A stretch of DNA of 64,000 bases from Shigella phage SHBML-50-1. Positions within the stretch are counted from its first letter, which is position 1; each line of letters opens with the position of its first letter. The stretch is from the sequence record KX130864; one strand, written 5' to 3'. Position numbers and translations under genes: made by a program. Positions 12,520 to 22,659 of the stretch are shown piece after piece. The notes under the pieces were generated by a model. The model ran no database searches. It was not told the DNA's origin and saw only the letters and a list, made by a program, of their open reading frames with translations.

Positions 12520-12721
12520 TTTTCACCTTTTTATTGATATGTCTTTTTCTATAGACAACTTTTTCTCGAGTTTCAAATTTATTCTTAGCAGTCATAGCTC
12601 GAGCCCATAATACAGCAACTTCTTTTGCCTGTAAGTTTAATTCACGAGCAATTTCAATGAATGACTTTCCAGACTCATGAAGAGTAAACACCACAACCTC
12701 AGTTCTCATAATCAATCTCAT
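12506..12721 (-). CDS. small putative DNA-binding protein (helix-turn-helix-like; T4 24.3-like position)
   Basis: 71 aa; SFIEIARELNLQAKEVAVLWARAM segment resembles a sigma region 4 / HTH motif. Confidence 0.5.
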   Translation of the reverse strand: MRLIMRTEVVVFTLHESGKSFIEIARELNLQAKEVAVLWARAMTAKNKFETREKVVYRKRHINKKVKNGTV

Positions 12722-12787
12722 GTTATCGAGTTGTTGCCATTATATACATCATTTTCTGATTGTGTTTTGTGTGCTTTCAAAATGAAG

Positions 12788-12807
12788 AAAGGGGCCGAAG
12801 CCCCTTA
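12788..12807 (-). terminator. hairpin downstream of hoc
   Basis: GGGGC-CGAA-GCCCC. Confidence 0.5.
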
Positions 12808-12810
12808 TGA

Positions 12811-13941
12811 TTATGGATAGGTATAGATGATACCAGTTTCTAAAGCAGTTTTATGAATGATGTATCCATTACGTGATTCTTGGACATCAACTTCTGGATA
12901 GTCTTTCATCATCTTCTGAAGAGTGTAACGATGCAGGTAGTATTTACTATCTGGGTCTTCAGTTTTCCAATCTTTACCTTCTTCAGTCATTTTTTGAATT
13001 TCATCCATAACCCACCAACCGCACCAGATGTAAGCTGAGCTACGGTGTGGAAGAGGATGAACATAAGGTAATTCACCTTCTGGTTCTGGAGCAACTTTAT
13101 CAGTTACCTGAACTTGACCTTCTGCCGTAATAGTTTTGCTATCATAATCAGCAGCAGTAACAGTTGCAGTAACTTCAATAGTTTGACTTCCAATAGATGA
13201 GGTATCAACGGTGTATACATTAGTTGACCCTTCTACAGGAGAAGAATCTTTCTTCCATGAATACTCAATTTGCGCTTCTTCTGGAGCATCCGTAACATTA
13301 GCAGTAAATGTAGCCGAAGCATCTTGCTGAACGTTAATAGAAGGAGGAGTCAATGTAACCTGTGGATTCATTGTCTTCTTATTAACTGTTAATGATACTT
13401 CATTAGAAGTAACTGTTTTTGCGTCATAATCTGTTGCTGTTACTTGCGCTACGCATTTAATTCTTTTTACTCCACTTGTAGTTGGAGTATAGCTAAATGT
13501 AGCAGAAGTCGCTTCACCAATTTGAGAATCATCTACATACCACTGATACGTAGCAGATGCCCCATCAGGTTGAGAAGCTAAGGCAGCAGTAAATTCAACG
13601 GCTGTTCCAATCACTCCAGCATCAGGGCTACCAGGAGTTACAGCTAAAGTAGTTGTTTGTGTCTTATTTTGAACTGTGATAGTTGTACTAATTTCAGCTG
13701 TTTCAGCTTCAGAATCAGGAACTGGATTTGTTGCAACTACCTTAATAGTCTTTTGTCCAGCAGGACCTTTTAGTACATAACTAAAAGTTGCAGACGTTTC
13801 TTCCTGCGGTGCATCATCAACAGTCCAAGCATAGGTAATAGGTCCATCTCCAGTTTGACCACTGGGCGTAGCAGTAAACTGCTTAGTCTCATCTATAACT
13901 CCAGTAGGTGTTTTAGGAGTTATATCAACTGTAAAAGCCAT
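12811..13941 (-). CDS. hoc: highly immunogenic outer capsid protein Hoc (tandem Ig-like domains)
   Basis: 376 aa; repeated Thr/Val-rich beta-strand segments (YxW..., ATxxAxDYD...KTxT); T4 Hoc size and position. Confidence 0.9.
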   Translation of the reverse strand: MAFTVDITPKTPTGVIDETKQFTATPSGQTGDGPITYAWTVDDAPQEETSATFSYVLKGPAGQKTIKVVATNPVPDSEAETAEISTTITVQNKTQTTTLAVTPGSPDAGVIGTAVEFTAALASQPDGASATYQWYVDDSQIGEATSATFSYTPTTSGVKRIKCVAQVTATDYDAKTVTSNEVSLTVNKKTMNPQVTLTPPSINVQQDASATFTANVTDAPEEAQIEYSWKKDSSPVEGSTNVYTVDTSSIGSQTIEVTATVTAADYDSKTITAEGQVQVTDKVAPEPEGELPYVHPLPHRSSAYIWCGWWVMDEIQKMTEEGKDWKTEDPDSKYYLHRYTLQKMMKDYPEVDVQESRNGYIIHKTALETGIIYTYP

Positions 13942-13950
13942 AAGTTATCC

Positions 13951-14631
13951 TTATTTTAATGTTACGAAAGAAGAATTACGTGTTTCACGAATTAGAACTG
14001 ATCCGTCGCGATTAATGTAATAAATTAAGCTAAATAAAGTTTGGTGCGCCGACGCGTGTTCAAAACTAGTTGGGTGAGATTTCCAATCCGGAGTTTCAGC
14101 AATCCACTGGTAAATCCACCAAGGAACGGTGCAGAATCCTGGATTTTTTCCAATCAGCTGAAGATTCGGACTAAAGTTTTCCGGAAGAGTAAATACAGAC
14201 GGCTTTTCAGATTCAATAATCTCAGCTACAGCCTGCTCGAATTTTTCTTCAACAAAAGGAGTATCTTCAATCAAAACATCGGTATTTTCAGGAATTTTAT
14301 CCGTTTCTACTACTTCAATTTTAATGTCAGATTTAACCGGAGAATCAATCAGAAGTGCTGCCTCTGGATTGACTTCTTCATCGTCATATTTTAATCCGTC
14401 TGCAGCATCAGCAGCATCAATTAAGTCTTTAATAGATAACCCATCAGTCTCTGGCATAGGTTCACTAGCGAGCTTCTGGAGGGCTTCTTCAATATCATTA
14501 ACGATATTATCAAAAGATTTATTCTTTTTGACTTTTATACCAAACTGTTCAGCATATTCAGCTAATTTAGCTTTAGCTTCTTTATTATCATCAAGAGCCT
14601 TCAGCTCTGCAATATAATCTTTATCTATCAT
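13951..14631 (-). CDS. inh: Inh, inhibitor of prohead protease
   Basis: 226 aa ORF immediately upstream of hoc on the same strand; T4 inh size and position. Confidence 0.8.
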   Translation of the reverse strand: MIDKDYIAELKALDDNKEAKAKLAEYAEQFGIKVKKNKSFDNIVNDIEEALQKLASEPMPETDGLSIKDLIDAADAADGLKYDDEEVNPEAALLIDSPVKSDIKIEVVETDKIPENTDVLIEDTPFVEEKFEQAVAEIIESEKPSVFTLPENFSPNLQLIGKNPGFCTVPWWIYQWIAETPDWKSHPTSFEHASAHQTLFSLIYYINRDGSVLIRETRNSSFVTLK

Positions 14632-14644
14632 AATATTTCCTCAG

Positions 14645-14652
14645 TATAAATA
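14645..14652 (+). promoter_or_regulatory. late promoter box upstream of uvsW
   Basis: Exact TATAAATA about 30 nt before the uvsW ATG. Confidence 0.55.
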
Positions 14653-14681
14653 TAGATATATTTATTACATGGTATTTAGAC

Positions 14682-16193
14682 ATGACTGACATTAAAGTAC
14701 ATTTTTATGATTTTAGTCACGTGAGAATTGATTGTGAAGAAAGTACATTTCATGAACTCCGTGATTTCTTTAGCTTTGAAGCTGATGGATATCGTTTTAA
14801 TCCGAAATACAAATATGGTCACTGGGATGGACGAATCCGTCTTTTAGATTATAATCGCCTTCTTCCATTCGGCTTGGTCGGGCAAATTAAAAAGTTCTGC
14901 GATAACTTTGGCTATAAATCCTGGATTGACCCACAGATTAACGAAAAAGAAGAATTATCAAGAAAAGATTTTGATGAATGGCTTTCTAAATTAGAAATCT
15001 ATTCAGGAAATAAAAGAATTGAACCACACTGGTATCAAAAAGATGCAGTGTTCGAAGGATTAGTTAATCGTCGTAGAATTCTTAATCTTCCAACATCCGC
15101 AGGTAAATCTTTAATTCAAGCTTTGCTTGCTCGGTATTATTTGGAAAATTATGAAGGTAAAATTCTTATCATTGTTCCAACAACTGCTCTGACAACTCAG
15201 ATGGCTGATGACTTTGTTGACTATCGTTTATTCAGTCATGCAATGATAAAGAAAATCGGCGGTGGAGCATCAAAAGATGATAAATATAAAAATGATGCAC
15301 CAGTCGTTGTTGGTACATGGCAAACTGTAGTAAAACAACCGAAAGAATGGTTCTCACAGTTTGGAATGATGATGAATGATGAATGCCATCTTGCTACAGG
15401 AAAAAGTATTTCATCTATCATATCAGGTTTAAATAACTGTATGTTTAAATTTGGTCTATCAGGTTCATTACGTGATGGCAAAGCCAATATCATGCAGTAT
15501 GTTGGAATGTTTGGTGAAATATTTAAGCCAGTAACGACTTCTAAGTTAATGGAAGATGGACAAGTAACTGAGCTAAAAATTAATAGTATTTTTCTTCGCT
15601 ATCCCGATGAGTTCACTACTAAATTAAAGGGAAAAACTTATCAAGAAGAAATAAAAATTATTACTGGGCTTAGTAAAAGAAATAAATGGATCGCTAAATT
15701 AGCTATTAAGCTTGCGCAAAAAGATGAAAACGCTTTTGTCATGTTTAAACATGTATCACATGGTAAAGCTATTTTCGATTTAATTAAAAATGAATACGAT
15801 AAAGTTTATTACGTATCAGGGGAAGTTGATACCGAAACCCGCAATATAATGAAAACCTTAGCTGAAAATGGTAAAGGAATAATTATAGTAGCTAGTTATG
15901 GTGTATTTTCTACTGGTATTTCAGTTAAAAATCTGCATCACGTTGTTTTAGCGCACGGTGTTAAATCAAAAATCATTGTATTACAAACAATCGGTCGTGT
16001 ATTACGTAAGCATGGTTCTAAGACAATAGCAACAGTCTGGGACCTCATAGATGATTGTGGCGTTAAGCCAAAATCTGCTAATACGAAAAAGAAATATGTT
16101 CATTTGAACTATCTTTTAAAACACGGCATTGATCGTATTCAGCGCTACGCAGATGAAAAATTTAATTACGTAATGAAAACAGTTAATTTATAA
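14682..16193 (+). CDS. uvsW: UvsW RNA-DNA and DNA-DNA helicase (SF2)
   Basis: 503 aa; Walker A LPTSAGKS and DECH box (NDECHLA); T4 UvsW-like sequence. Confidence 0.95.
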   Translation: MTDIKVHFYDFSHVRIDCEESTFHELRDFFSFEADGYRFNPKYKYGHWDGRIRLLDYNRLLPFGLVGQIKKFCDNFGYKSWIDPQINEKEELSRKDFDEWLSKLEIYSGNKRIEPHWYQKDAVFEGLVNRRRILNLPTSAGKSLIQALLARYYLENYEGKILIIVPTTALTTQMADDFVDYRLFSHAMIKKIGGGASKDDKYKNDAPVVVGTWQTVVKQPKEWFSQFGMMMNDECHLATGKSISSIISGLNNCMFKFGLSGSLRDGKANIMQYVGMFGEIFKPVTTSKLMEDGQVTELKINSIFLRYPDEFTTKLKGKTYQEEIKIITGLSKRNKWIAKLAIKLAQKDENAFVMFKHVSHGKAIFDLIKNEYDKVYYVSGEVDTETRNIMKTLAENGKGIIIVASYGVFSTGISVKNLHHVVLAHGVKSKIIVLQTIGRVLRKHGSKTIATVWDLIDDCGVKPKSANTKKKYVHLNYLLKHGIDRIQRYADEKFNYVMKTVNL

Positions 16194-16207
16194 GGGCTTC
16201 GGCCCTT
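16192..16207 (+). terminator. hairpin after uvsW (UUCG loop)
   Basis: AAGGGC-TTCG-GCCCTT overlapping the uvsW stop. Confidence 0.5.
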
Positions 16208-16218
16208 TGGAGAAAAAG

Positions 16219-16449
16219 ATGTTACTAGAATTTAAACAATTTCTTTATGAAGCTTCTATTGATGAATTTATGGGTAAAATTGCCTCTTGTCAAACATTAG
16301 AAGGTTTAGAAGAACTTGAAGCTTATTATAAGAAAAGAGTCAAAGAAACTGAATTAAAAGATACTGATGACATCTCTGTGAGAGATGCTTTGGCAGGAAA
16401 AAGAGCTGAATTAGAAGATTCAGACGATGAAGTAGAAGAAAGCTTTTAA
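16219..16449 (+). CDS. uvsW.1: UvsW.1 small acidic protein
   Basis: ATG at 16219 preceded by GGAG; the track ORF begins at a TTG 12 nt upstream; 76 aa from the ATG. Confidence 0.7.
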   Translation: MLLEFKQFLYEASIDEFMGKIASCQTLEGLEELEAYYKKRVKETELKDTDDISVRDALAGKRAELEDSDDEVEESF

Positions 16450-16504
16450 ATTAAAAAAGGCCCAACCAAAAAGGAAGGGCCAAAACTATAGACTAAAGGT
16501 CACA

Positions 16505-16672
16505 CTATAGCAAAAGTTGTGTTTCATTTAATTGTTCTTCCGAACTTTCTGAAACTGGTAGTTCTTTAATGTAATTATAGCAAGGCCCAGGATGTACAGG
16601 ACCTTTGTCTGTTTCAACAACCAATGCAGAATCGATTGGAGTTTTACAGACAACGCAAATCTTATCTGACAT
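16505..16672 (-). CDS. small CxxC protein (T4 uvsY.-2-like position); below the ORF-track size cutoff
   Basis: Hand-translated 55 aa ORF MSDKICVVCKTPIDSALVVETDKGPVHPGPCYNY... with GAGGAG RBS before the ATG. Confidence 0.45.
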   Translation of the reverse strand: MSDKICVVCKTPIDSALVVETDKGPVHPGPCYNYIKELPVSESSEEQLNETQLLL

Positions 16673-16700
16673 GATTGTCTCCTCTAAATTATATATCTAT

Positions 16701-16925
16701 TTATATAACTCTCATATGCATATCAATGCCCATATCTTTAGAATAAAAATATTCATCAAGATATCCGGCAAATTTTCCTTTAACATAAAGTACATCTTCA
16801 CCGCATGGATGGTCGGCCAGGATACGAATATCTTGACGCTTGAGATTATACTTTTTCATTAAGAATTGAATTTCCGTTTCGAATTCTTCTTCATAATTAA
16901 AAGCATCATCAATGCTATATCTCAT
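16701..16925 (-). CDS. hypothetical protein (T4 uvsY.-1-like position)
   Basis: 74 aa ORF directly downstream of uvsY, stop/start overlap. Confidence 0.65.
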   Translation of the reverse strand: MRYSIDDAFNYEEEFETEIQFLMKKYNLKRQDIRILADHPCGEDVLYVKGKFAGYLDEYFYSKDMGIDMHMRVI

Positions 16926-17338
16926 TATTTTCCAGCCTCAAATGCTCGCATGTCTTGAATATGCTTAATAGCAAATCCGCGTGATTTAATAGCATCAAGA
17001 GCTCCGCTACAGAAATCCAATAAAATCCCCCAATACTGTAACGAGGTATCAACCTTTAAAACATCCTTATCAGCTGATAGAACTGTTTTCATTTCTGATT
17101 TCTCGTAACGATCCATACTAAATTCATCACCATCTCCTCGTCCCGAGTAGTAGTCTAATTTAGCTTTAAGAGCAACTTTTTTCTGTGCATCAATTCTAAG
17201 CATTTCCTTTTTAATACTTGAATGCTTATTAAGCCATTTACTATATAACATCACATTATTAGCTGCTTCATACTGTAATTTAGTCGAATCTATAAACACA
17301 TCTTTCTTCAATTCTTCTTGAAGATCTTCTAATCTCAT
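16925..17338 (-). CDS. uvsY: UvsY recombination mediator protein
   Basis: 137 aa; T4 UvsY-like sequence and size. Confidence 0.92.
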   Translation of the reverse strand: MRLEDLQEELKKDVFIDSTKLQYEAANNVMLYSKWLNKHSSIKKEMLRIDAQKKVALKAKLDYYSGRGDGDEFSMDRYEKSEMKTVLSADKDVLKVDTSLQYWGILLDFCSGALDAIKSRGFAIKHIQDMRAFEAGK

Positions 17339-17378
17339 ATTGTTCTCTATTCAATTGTTATTGGATGGACTTAGATTC

Positions 17379-17405
17379 ATTATACCACGTTTATACGTGA
17401 AGCAT
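17379..17405 (-). promoter_or_regulatory. candidate middle (MotA-dependent) promoter for uvsY
   Basis: Minus strand reads GCTTCA - 13 nt - TATAAT, resembling a MotA box plus -10; low certainty. Confidence 0.35.
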
Positions 17406-17803
17406 TATACTCTATTACTAGAAGCCAGTTGTAGTTTTATCTGCTCAATATCATCAGGGTTATCGATGACTGAAAAGCGTATTTCTACTATCAGAGTATA
17501 ATCATCATAAACCGGTATCACATTAACTGATAATTTATCAATACGTGGCTCATAATTTCTTACTGCGCTTTCGATGTTACGCTCAACTGTGTCAGCAGTA
17601 AGAGGAGTCATATTTTCAAAAAGCTGGTCTGATAAATCACATCCAAATTCAGGGTCAAACGGTCTTGAACCTTTTCTTGTTGTAATAATTCCCAAAAGAC
17701 TGTTTTTAATTGACCTTAATCCAAGCGATCTGGAAACGTCTTTGTCCCAGTCCATTTTCATTTCTGGGTCGATGTCAGAATAAAGCTTATTAATATTTGC
17801 CAT
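17405..17803 (-). CDS. 25: baseplate wedge protein gp25
   Basis: 132 aa; T4 gp25-like; start overlaps the gp26 stop (TAATG). Confidence 0.92.
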   Translation of the reverse strand: MANINKLYSDIDPEMKMDWDKDVSRSLGLRSIKNSLLGIITTRKGSRPFDPEFGCDLSDQLFENMTPLTADTVERNIESAVRNYEPRIDKLSVNVIPVYDDYTLIVEIRFSVIDNPDDIEQIKLQLASSNRV

Positions 17804-18429
17804 TATAGTAACTCAAAGAACTCTTTGAGGCCTCTTATTACATGAGCATGGGTTTTTCCACACTCTGGACATTTAATTGGAACAGCCAAATAAACGGTAG
17901 GCTTTAAAAGCATATCTTTTATAGCTACAATATCTGACTCTGTGATGATAGAATATAAATCTTCTAGTTCCTTTTCATTTAAGTCTTCAACTGGAATGCT
18001 TTCCCCGTTAGCATGAATCGTTTCTATGCATGATACTATCATGTGGGCTATATTTTTATCATCAAAAATTTTAGGGTATCGGAATTTAATTTTAATGTCA
18101 CCTAGTGTATACCAGAGGTCTTCTGGTGCATCTATTTGTGTATGTAATAGATTTATATGGGTTGGTATTTCAGTTCCACAGGTGCACTTCCAGGAGTTTT
18201 CGTGATTAACTTCACCAAGAGAATGTGCCCATAAATGAATCAACAGTAGTTCTGATTCTTGGCGGTTTAAATCTTTTGCATTTGTGCAGTCTTTGATTAG
18301 CTTTTTAACAATTACTTCTACAGAACCATTATTTTTGGCAGTAATAAGTTCTAGATATTCTTTAAGCGTGAATGCGCGACAGTTGATTATTTTAGAACCA
18401 ACTCTCACATCAAATTTGTATTCATACAT
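17803..18429 (-). CDS. 26: baseplate hub protein gp26
   Basis: 208 aa; T4 gp26 size and position; late promoter box upstream on the minus strand. Confidence 0.9.
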   Translation of the reverse strand: MYEYKFDVRVGSKIINCRAFTLKEYLELITAKNNGSVEVIVKKLIKDCTNAKDLNRQESELLLIHLWAHSLGEVNHENSWKCTCGTEIPTHINLLHTQIDAPEDLWYTLGDIKIKFRYPKIFDDKNIAHMIVSCIETIHANGESIPVEDLNEKELEDLYSIITESDIVAIKDMLLKPTVYLAVPIKCPECGKTHAHVIRGLKEFFELL

Positions 18430-18450
18430 ATTTAGCTCCTTTATTTATCA

Positions 18451-18462
18451 TATTTATAAATA
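18451..18462. promoter_or_regulatory. divergent back-to-back late promoter boxes between gene 26 and gene 51
   Basis: TATTTATAAATA contains TATAAATA on both strands within the 50-bp divergent spacer. Confidence 0.6.
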
Positions 18463-18479
18463 GAATAAAAGGAGCATCT

Positions 18480-19229
18480 ATGGCAAACATTATTCGTTGT
18501 AAATTACCAGATGGTGTTCATCGTTTTAAACCATTTACGGTAGAAGATTATCGAGATTTTTTGTTAGTTCGAAACGATATAGAACATCGGTCACCACAAG
18601 AACAAAAAGAAGTAATTGCTGATTTAATTGCTGATTATTTTGGAGACTATCCAAAGACTTGGCAACCATTTATATTTTTGCAGGTATTTGTAGGGTCAAT
18701 AGGTAAAACTAAAGTACCAGTCACATTTGTATGTCCAAAATGTAAAAAAGAAAAGACAGTTCCATTTGAAATATACCAAAAAGAATTAAAGGAGCCTGTT
18801 TTTGATATAGCTAATGTTAAAATTAAATTAAAGTTTCCTTCTGAGTTTTATGAAAATAAAGCAAAGATGATTACTGAAAATATTCATTCTGTTCAAGTAG
18901 ATGAAATATGGTATGATTGGAAGGAAATTAGCGAATCAAGTCAAATAGAACTTGTTGATGCCATCGAGATAGAAACATTAGAAAAAATTCTCGATGCAAT
19001 GAATCCTATTAATTTAACATTGCACATGTCGTGTTGTAATAAGTATGTAAAAAAATACACTGATATAGTAGATGTGTTTAAGCTATTAGTTAACCCAGAT
19101 GAAATATTTACTTTTTATCAAATTAATCACACACTCGTAAAAAGTAATTATAGCTTAAATTCAATAATGAAAATGATTCCTGCCGAGCGCGGATTCGTAT
19201 TAAAACTGATTGAGAAGGATAAACAATAA
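18480..19229 (+). CDS. 51: baseplate hub assembly protein gp51
   Basis: 249 aa; transcribed divergently from 26/25 as in T4. Confidence 0.9.
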   Translation: MANIIRCKLPDGVHRFKPFTVEDYRDFLLVRNDIEHRSPQEQKEVIADLIADYFGDYPKTWQPFIFLQVFVGSIGKTKVPVTFVCPKCKKEKTVPFEIYQKELKEPVFDIANVKIKLKFPSEFYENKAKMITENIHSVQVDEIWYDWKEISESSQIELVDAIEIETLEKILDAMNPINLTLHMSCCNKYVKKYTDIVDVFKLLVNPDEIFTFYQINHTLVKSNYSLNSIMKMIPAERGFVLKLIEKDKQ

Positions 19230-20404
19230 TGAGTATGTTGCAACGCCCGGGATATCCAAATCTCAGCGTTAAATTATTTGATAGCTACGACGCTTGGAGT
19301 AATAATAGATTTGTTGAATTAGCTGCTACTATTACCACATTAACTATGCGGGATTCTCTTTATGGACGAAATGAAGGAATGCTGCAGTTTTATGATTCTA
19401 AAAATATCCACACAAAAATGGATGGAAATGAAATAATTCAAATTTCTGTAGCTAATGCAAACGATATTAATAATGTTAAAACACGAATTTATGGATGTAA
19501 GCATTTTTCCGTGTCAGTAGATTCAAAAGGCGATAACATCATTGCTATTGAATTGGGAACTATTCATTCTATAGAAAATCTTAAATTTGGTAGACCGTTT
19601 TTCCCTGATGCAGGTGAATCTATAAAAGAAATGCTTGGCGTCATTTATCAAGACCGTACATTATTAACTCCAGCTATAAATGCTATAAATGCTTATGTTC
19701 CTGATATTCCGTGGACTAGCACATTTGAAAACTATTTGTCATATGTAAGAGAAGTTGCTCTAGCTGTAGGAAGTGACAAATTTGTATTTGTGTGGCAAGA
19801 CATCATGGGAGTTAACATGATGGACTATGATATGATGATAAATCAAGAACCGTATCCAATGATTGTCGGTGAGCCATCTTTAATAGGTCAATTCATCCAA
19901 GAATTAAAATATCCATTAGCATATGATTTCGTTTGGTTGACTAAATCGAATCCTCATAAACGCGACCCAATGAAAAACGCTACTATCTATGCTCATTCAT
20001 TTTTAGATTCTTCATTGCCAATGATTACTACAGGAAAGGGAGAAAACTCTATTGTAGTGTCAAGGTCAGGTGCTTATTCTGAAATGACTTATAGGAATGG
20101 ATATGAAGAAGCTATTCGTCTTCAAACTATGGCACAATACGATGGCTATGCTAAATGTTCTACTGTCGGTAATTTTAACTTGACTCCTGGCGTTAAAATT
20201 ATTTTTAATGATAGTAAAAACCAATTTAAAACAGAATTTTACGTTGATGAAGTTATCCACGAATTATCTAATAATAATTCAGTAACTCATCTATATATGT
20301 TCACTAATGCAACGAAACTGGAAACAATAGACCCAGTTAAGGTTAAAAATGAATTTAAATCTGATACTACCACTGAAGAAAGTAGTTCTTCCAATAAGCA
20401 ATAA
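19229..20404 (+). CDS. 27: baseplate hub protein gp27
   Basis: 391 aa; T4 gp27 size and position. Confidence 0.92.
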   Translation: MSMLQRPGYPNLSVKLFDSYDAWSNNRFVELAATITTLTMRDSLYGRNEGMLQFYDSKNIHTKMDGNEIIQISVANANDINNVKTRIYGCKHFSVSVDSKGDNIIAIELGTIHSIENLKFGRPFFPDAGESIKEMLGVIYQDRTLLTPAINAINAYVPDIPWTSTFENYLSYVREVALAVGSDKFVFVWQDIMGVNMMDYDMMINQEPYPMIVGEPSLIGQFIQELKYPLAYDFVWLTKSNPHKRDPMKNATIYAHSFLDSSLPMITTGKGENSIVVSRSGAYSEMTYRNGYEEAIRLQTMAQYDGYAKCSTVGNFNLTPGVKIIFNDSKNQFKTEFYVDEVIHELSNNNSVTHLYMFTNATKLETIDPVKVKNEFKSDTTTEESSSSNKQ

Positions 20405-20882
20405 AGAAGTTTCTATTCCTAAAATGGGTCTTAAACATTATAACATTTTAAAAGATGTTAAAGGTCCTGATGAAAATTTAAAACTTCTTATTGATTCTAT
20501 TTGCCCGAATTTATCACCAGCAGAAGTTGATTTCGTTTCCATTCATTTATTGGAATTTAATGGAAAGATTAAATCTCGTAAAGAAATAGATGGTTATACT
20601 TATGACATTAATGATGTTTATGTATGTCAAAGATTAGAATTTCAATACCAAGGAAATACATTTTATTTTAGACCTCCTGGAAAATTTGAACAATTTTTAA
20701 CGGTGAGCGATATGTTATCCAAATGCTTGCTTAAGGTCAATGATGAAGTTAAAGAAATTAATTTTCTTGAGATGCCAGCATTCGTTTTAAAATGGGCAAA
20801 TGATATTTTTACAACTTTAGCAATTCCTGGCCCTAATGGTCCAATAACCGGAATTGGCAATATTATTGGATTATTTGAATGA
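20349..20882 (+). CDS. 28: baseplate hub distal protein gp28
   Basis: 177 aa; 56-nt out-of-frame overlap with the gene 27 3' end. Confidence 0.85.
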   Translation: MNLNLILPLKKVVLPISNKEVSIPKMGLKHYNILKDVKGPDENLKLLIDSICPNLSPAEVDFVSIHLLEFNGKIKSRKEIDGYTYDINDVYVCQRLEFQYQGNTFYFRPPGKFEQFLTVSDMLSKCLLKVNDEVKEINFLEMPAFVLKWANDIFTTLAIPGPNGPITGIGNIIGLFE

Positions 20883-22651
20883 AAAAGCCACAAGAAATGC
20901 AAACGATGCGTAGAAAAGTTATTTCAGATAATAAACCAACACAGGAAGCGGCTAAATCCGCTTCCAACACTTTATCTGGACTTAACGATATATCTACGAA
21001 ATTGGATGATGCTCAAGCTGCCTCTGAATTAATAGCTCAAACTGTCGAAGAAAAATCGAATGAAATAGTTGGAGCAATTGATAACGTTGAAAGCGCAGTG
21101 AGTGATACTACCGCAGGTTCTGAGTTAATTGCCGAGACTGTTGAAATTGGCAATAATATCAATAAAGAAATAGGCGAATCACTCGGAAGCAAATTAGATA
21201 AATTAACGAGTTTATTAGAACAAAAAATTCAGACAGCTGGAATTCAACAGACGGGAACTAGTTTAGCCACGGTTGAAAGCGCTATTCCTGTTAAAGTTGT
21301 TGAGGATGATACAGCCGAATCTGTGGGTCCTTTATTACCGGCCCCCGAAGCAGTTAATAATGATCCTGATGCTGATTTTTTCCCGACCCCTCAGCCAGTT
21401 GAGCCAAAGCAAGAATCACCAGAAGAAAAACAGAAAAAAGAAGCATTTAACTTAAAATTATCTCAAGCTTTAGATAAATTAACAAAGACAGTTGATTTTG
21501 GATTTAAGAAATCCATTTCAATTAGTGATAAAATATCAAGCATGTTATTTAAGTACACCATCAGTGCTGCTATTGAAGCTGCTAAAATGACTGCAATGAT
21601 ATTGGCTGTTGTTGTTGGAATAGACCTGTTGATGGTTCATTTTAAATACTGGTCAGATAAATTTTCAAAAGCCTGGGATTTATTTAATACTGACTTTACT
21701 AAATTCTCTAGCGAAACCGGAACATGGGGTCCTTTATTACAGAGCATCTTTGATTCTATTGATAAAATTAAACAACTTTGGGAAGCGGGAGATTGGGGCG
21801 GATTGACAGCAGCTATCGTAGAAGGACTCGGAAGTGTTCTTTTTAATTTAGGAGAGCTTATTCAATTAGGTATGGCTAAATTATCTGCTGCAATTCTTCG
21901 AGTCATTCCTGGCATGAAGGATACTGCTGATGAAGTAGAAGGAAGAGCACTAGAAAATTTCCAAAATTCTACTGGAGCATCTCTCAATAAAGAAGACCAG
22001 GAAAAAGTTGCAAATTATCAAGATAAACGAATGAATGGAGACCTTGGTCCGATAGCAAAAGGATTAGATAAAATTGCTAATTGGAAAACTCGTGCATCTA
22101 ATTGGATTCGTGGGGTTGATAATAAAGAAGCACTAACTACCGACGAAGAACGTGCAGCAGAAGAAGAAAAATTAAAGCAACTTTCACCTGAAGAAAGAAA
22201 AAATGCTTTAATGAAGGCTAATGAAGCACGTGCCGCGATGATTCGTTTTGAAAAATATGCCGATTCAGCTGATATGAGTAAAGACTCAACGGTTAAATCA
22301 GTTGAAGCTGCCTATGAAGACCTTAAAAAACGGATGGATGACCCGGATTTAAATAATTCACCGGCAGTTAAAAAAGAACTTGCTGCTAGATTTTCTAAAA
22401 TTGATGCTACTTATCAAGAGCTCAAGAAAAATCAGCCTAATGCCAAACCTGAAACTTCTGCTAAATCACCAGAAGCAAAACAAGTCCAGGTAATAGAAAA
22501 GAACAAAGCACAACAAGCTCCTGTTCAACAAGCATCTCCTTCGATCAATAATACTAATAATGTTATTAAGAAAAATACTGTCGTTCATAATATGACACCT
22601 GTCACAAGCACAACTGCTCCTGGTGTATTTGATGCGACTGGAGTTAATTAA
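20879..22651 (+). CDS. 29: baseplate hub protein / tail length determinant gp29
   Basis: 590 aa; extended helical, Ala/Glu/Lys-rich; T4 gp29 size. Confidence 0.9.
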   Translation: MKKPQEMQTMRRKVISDNKPTQEAAKSASNTLSGLNDISTKLDDAQAASELIAQTVEEKSNEIVGAIDNVESAVSDTTAGSELIAETVEIGNNINKEIGESLGSKLDKLTSLLEQKIQTAGIQQTGTSLATVESAIPVKVVEDDTAESVGPLLPAPEAVNNDPDADFFPTPQPVEPKQESPEEKQKKEAFNLKLSQALDKLTKTVDFGFKKSISISDKISSMLFKYTISAAIEAAKMTAMILAVVVGIDLLMVHFKYWSDKFSKAWDLFNTDFTKFSSETGTWGPLLQSIFDSIDKIKQLWEAGDWGGLTAAIVEGLGSVLFNLGELIQLGMAKLSAAILRVIPGMKDTADEVEGRALENFQNSTGASLNKEDQEKVANYQDKRMNGDLGPIAKGLDKIANWKTRASNWIRGVDNKEALTTDEERAAEEEKLKQLSPEERKNALMKANEARAAMIRFEKYADSADMSKDSTVKSVEAAYEDLKKRMDDPDLNNSPAVKKELAARFSKIDATYQELKKNQPNAKPETSAKSPEAKQVQVIEKNKAQQAPVQQASPSINNTNNVIKKNTVVHNMTPVTSTTAPGVFDATGVN

Positions 22652-22659
22652 GGAATAAT

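Noticed and set aside
14041-14617. Plus-strand ORFs 14041-14394 and 14324-14617 opposite inh
   Set aside because: Embedded antisense to inh, with Arg/Phe-rich or Ser-rich low-complexity translations.
20349-20404. 56-nt overlap between genes 27 and 28 as a possible programmed frameshift site
   Set aside because: No slippery heptamer or downstream structure noted; gene 28 has its own start codon, so ordinary overlapping or coupled genes is the simpler explanation.
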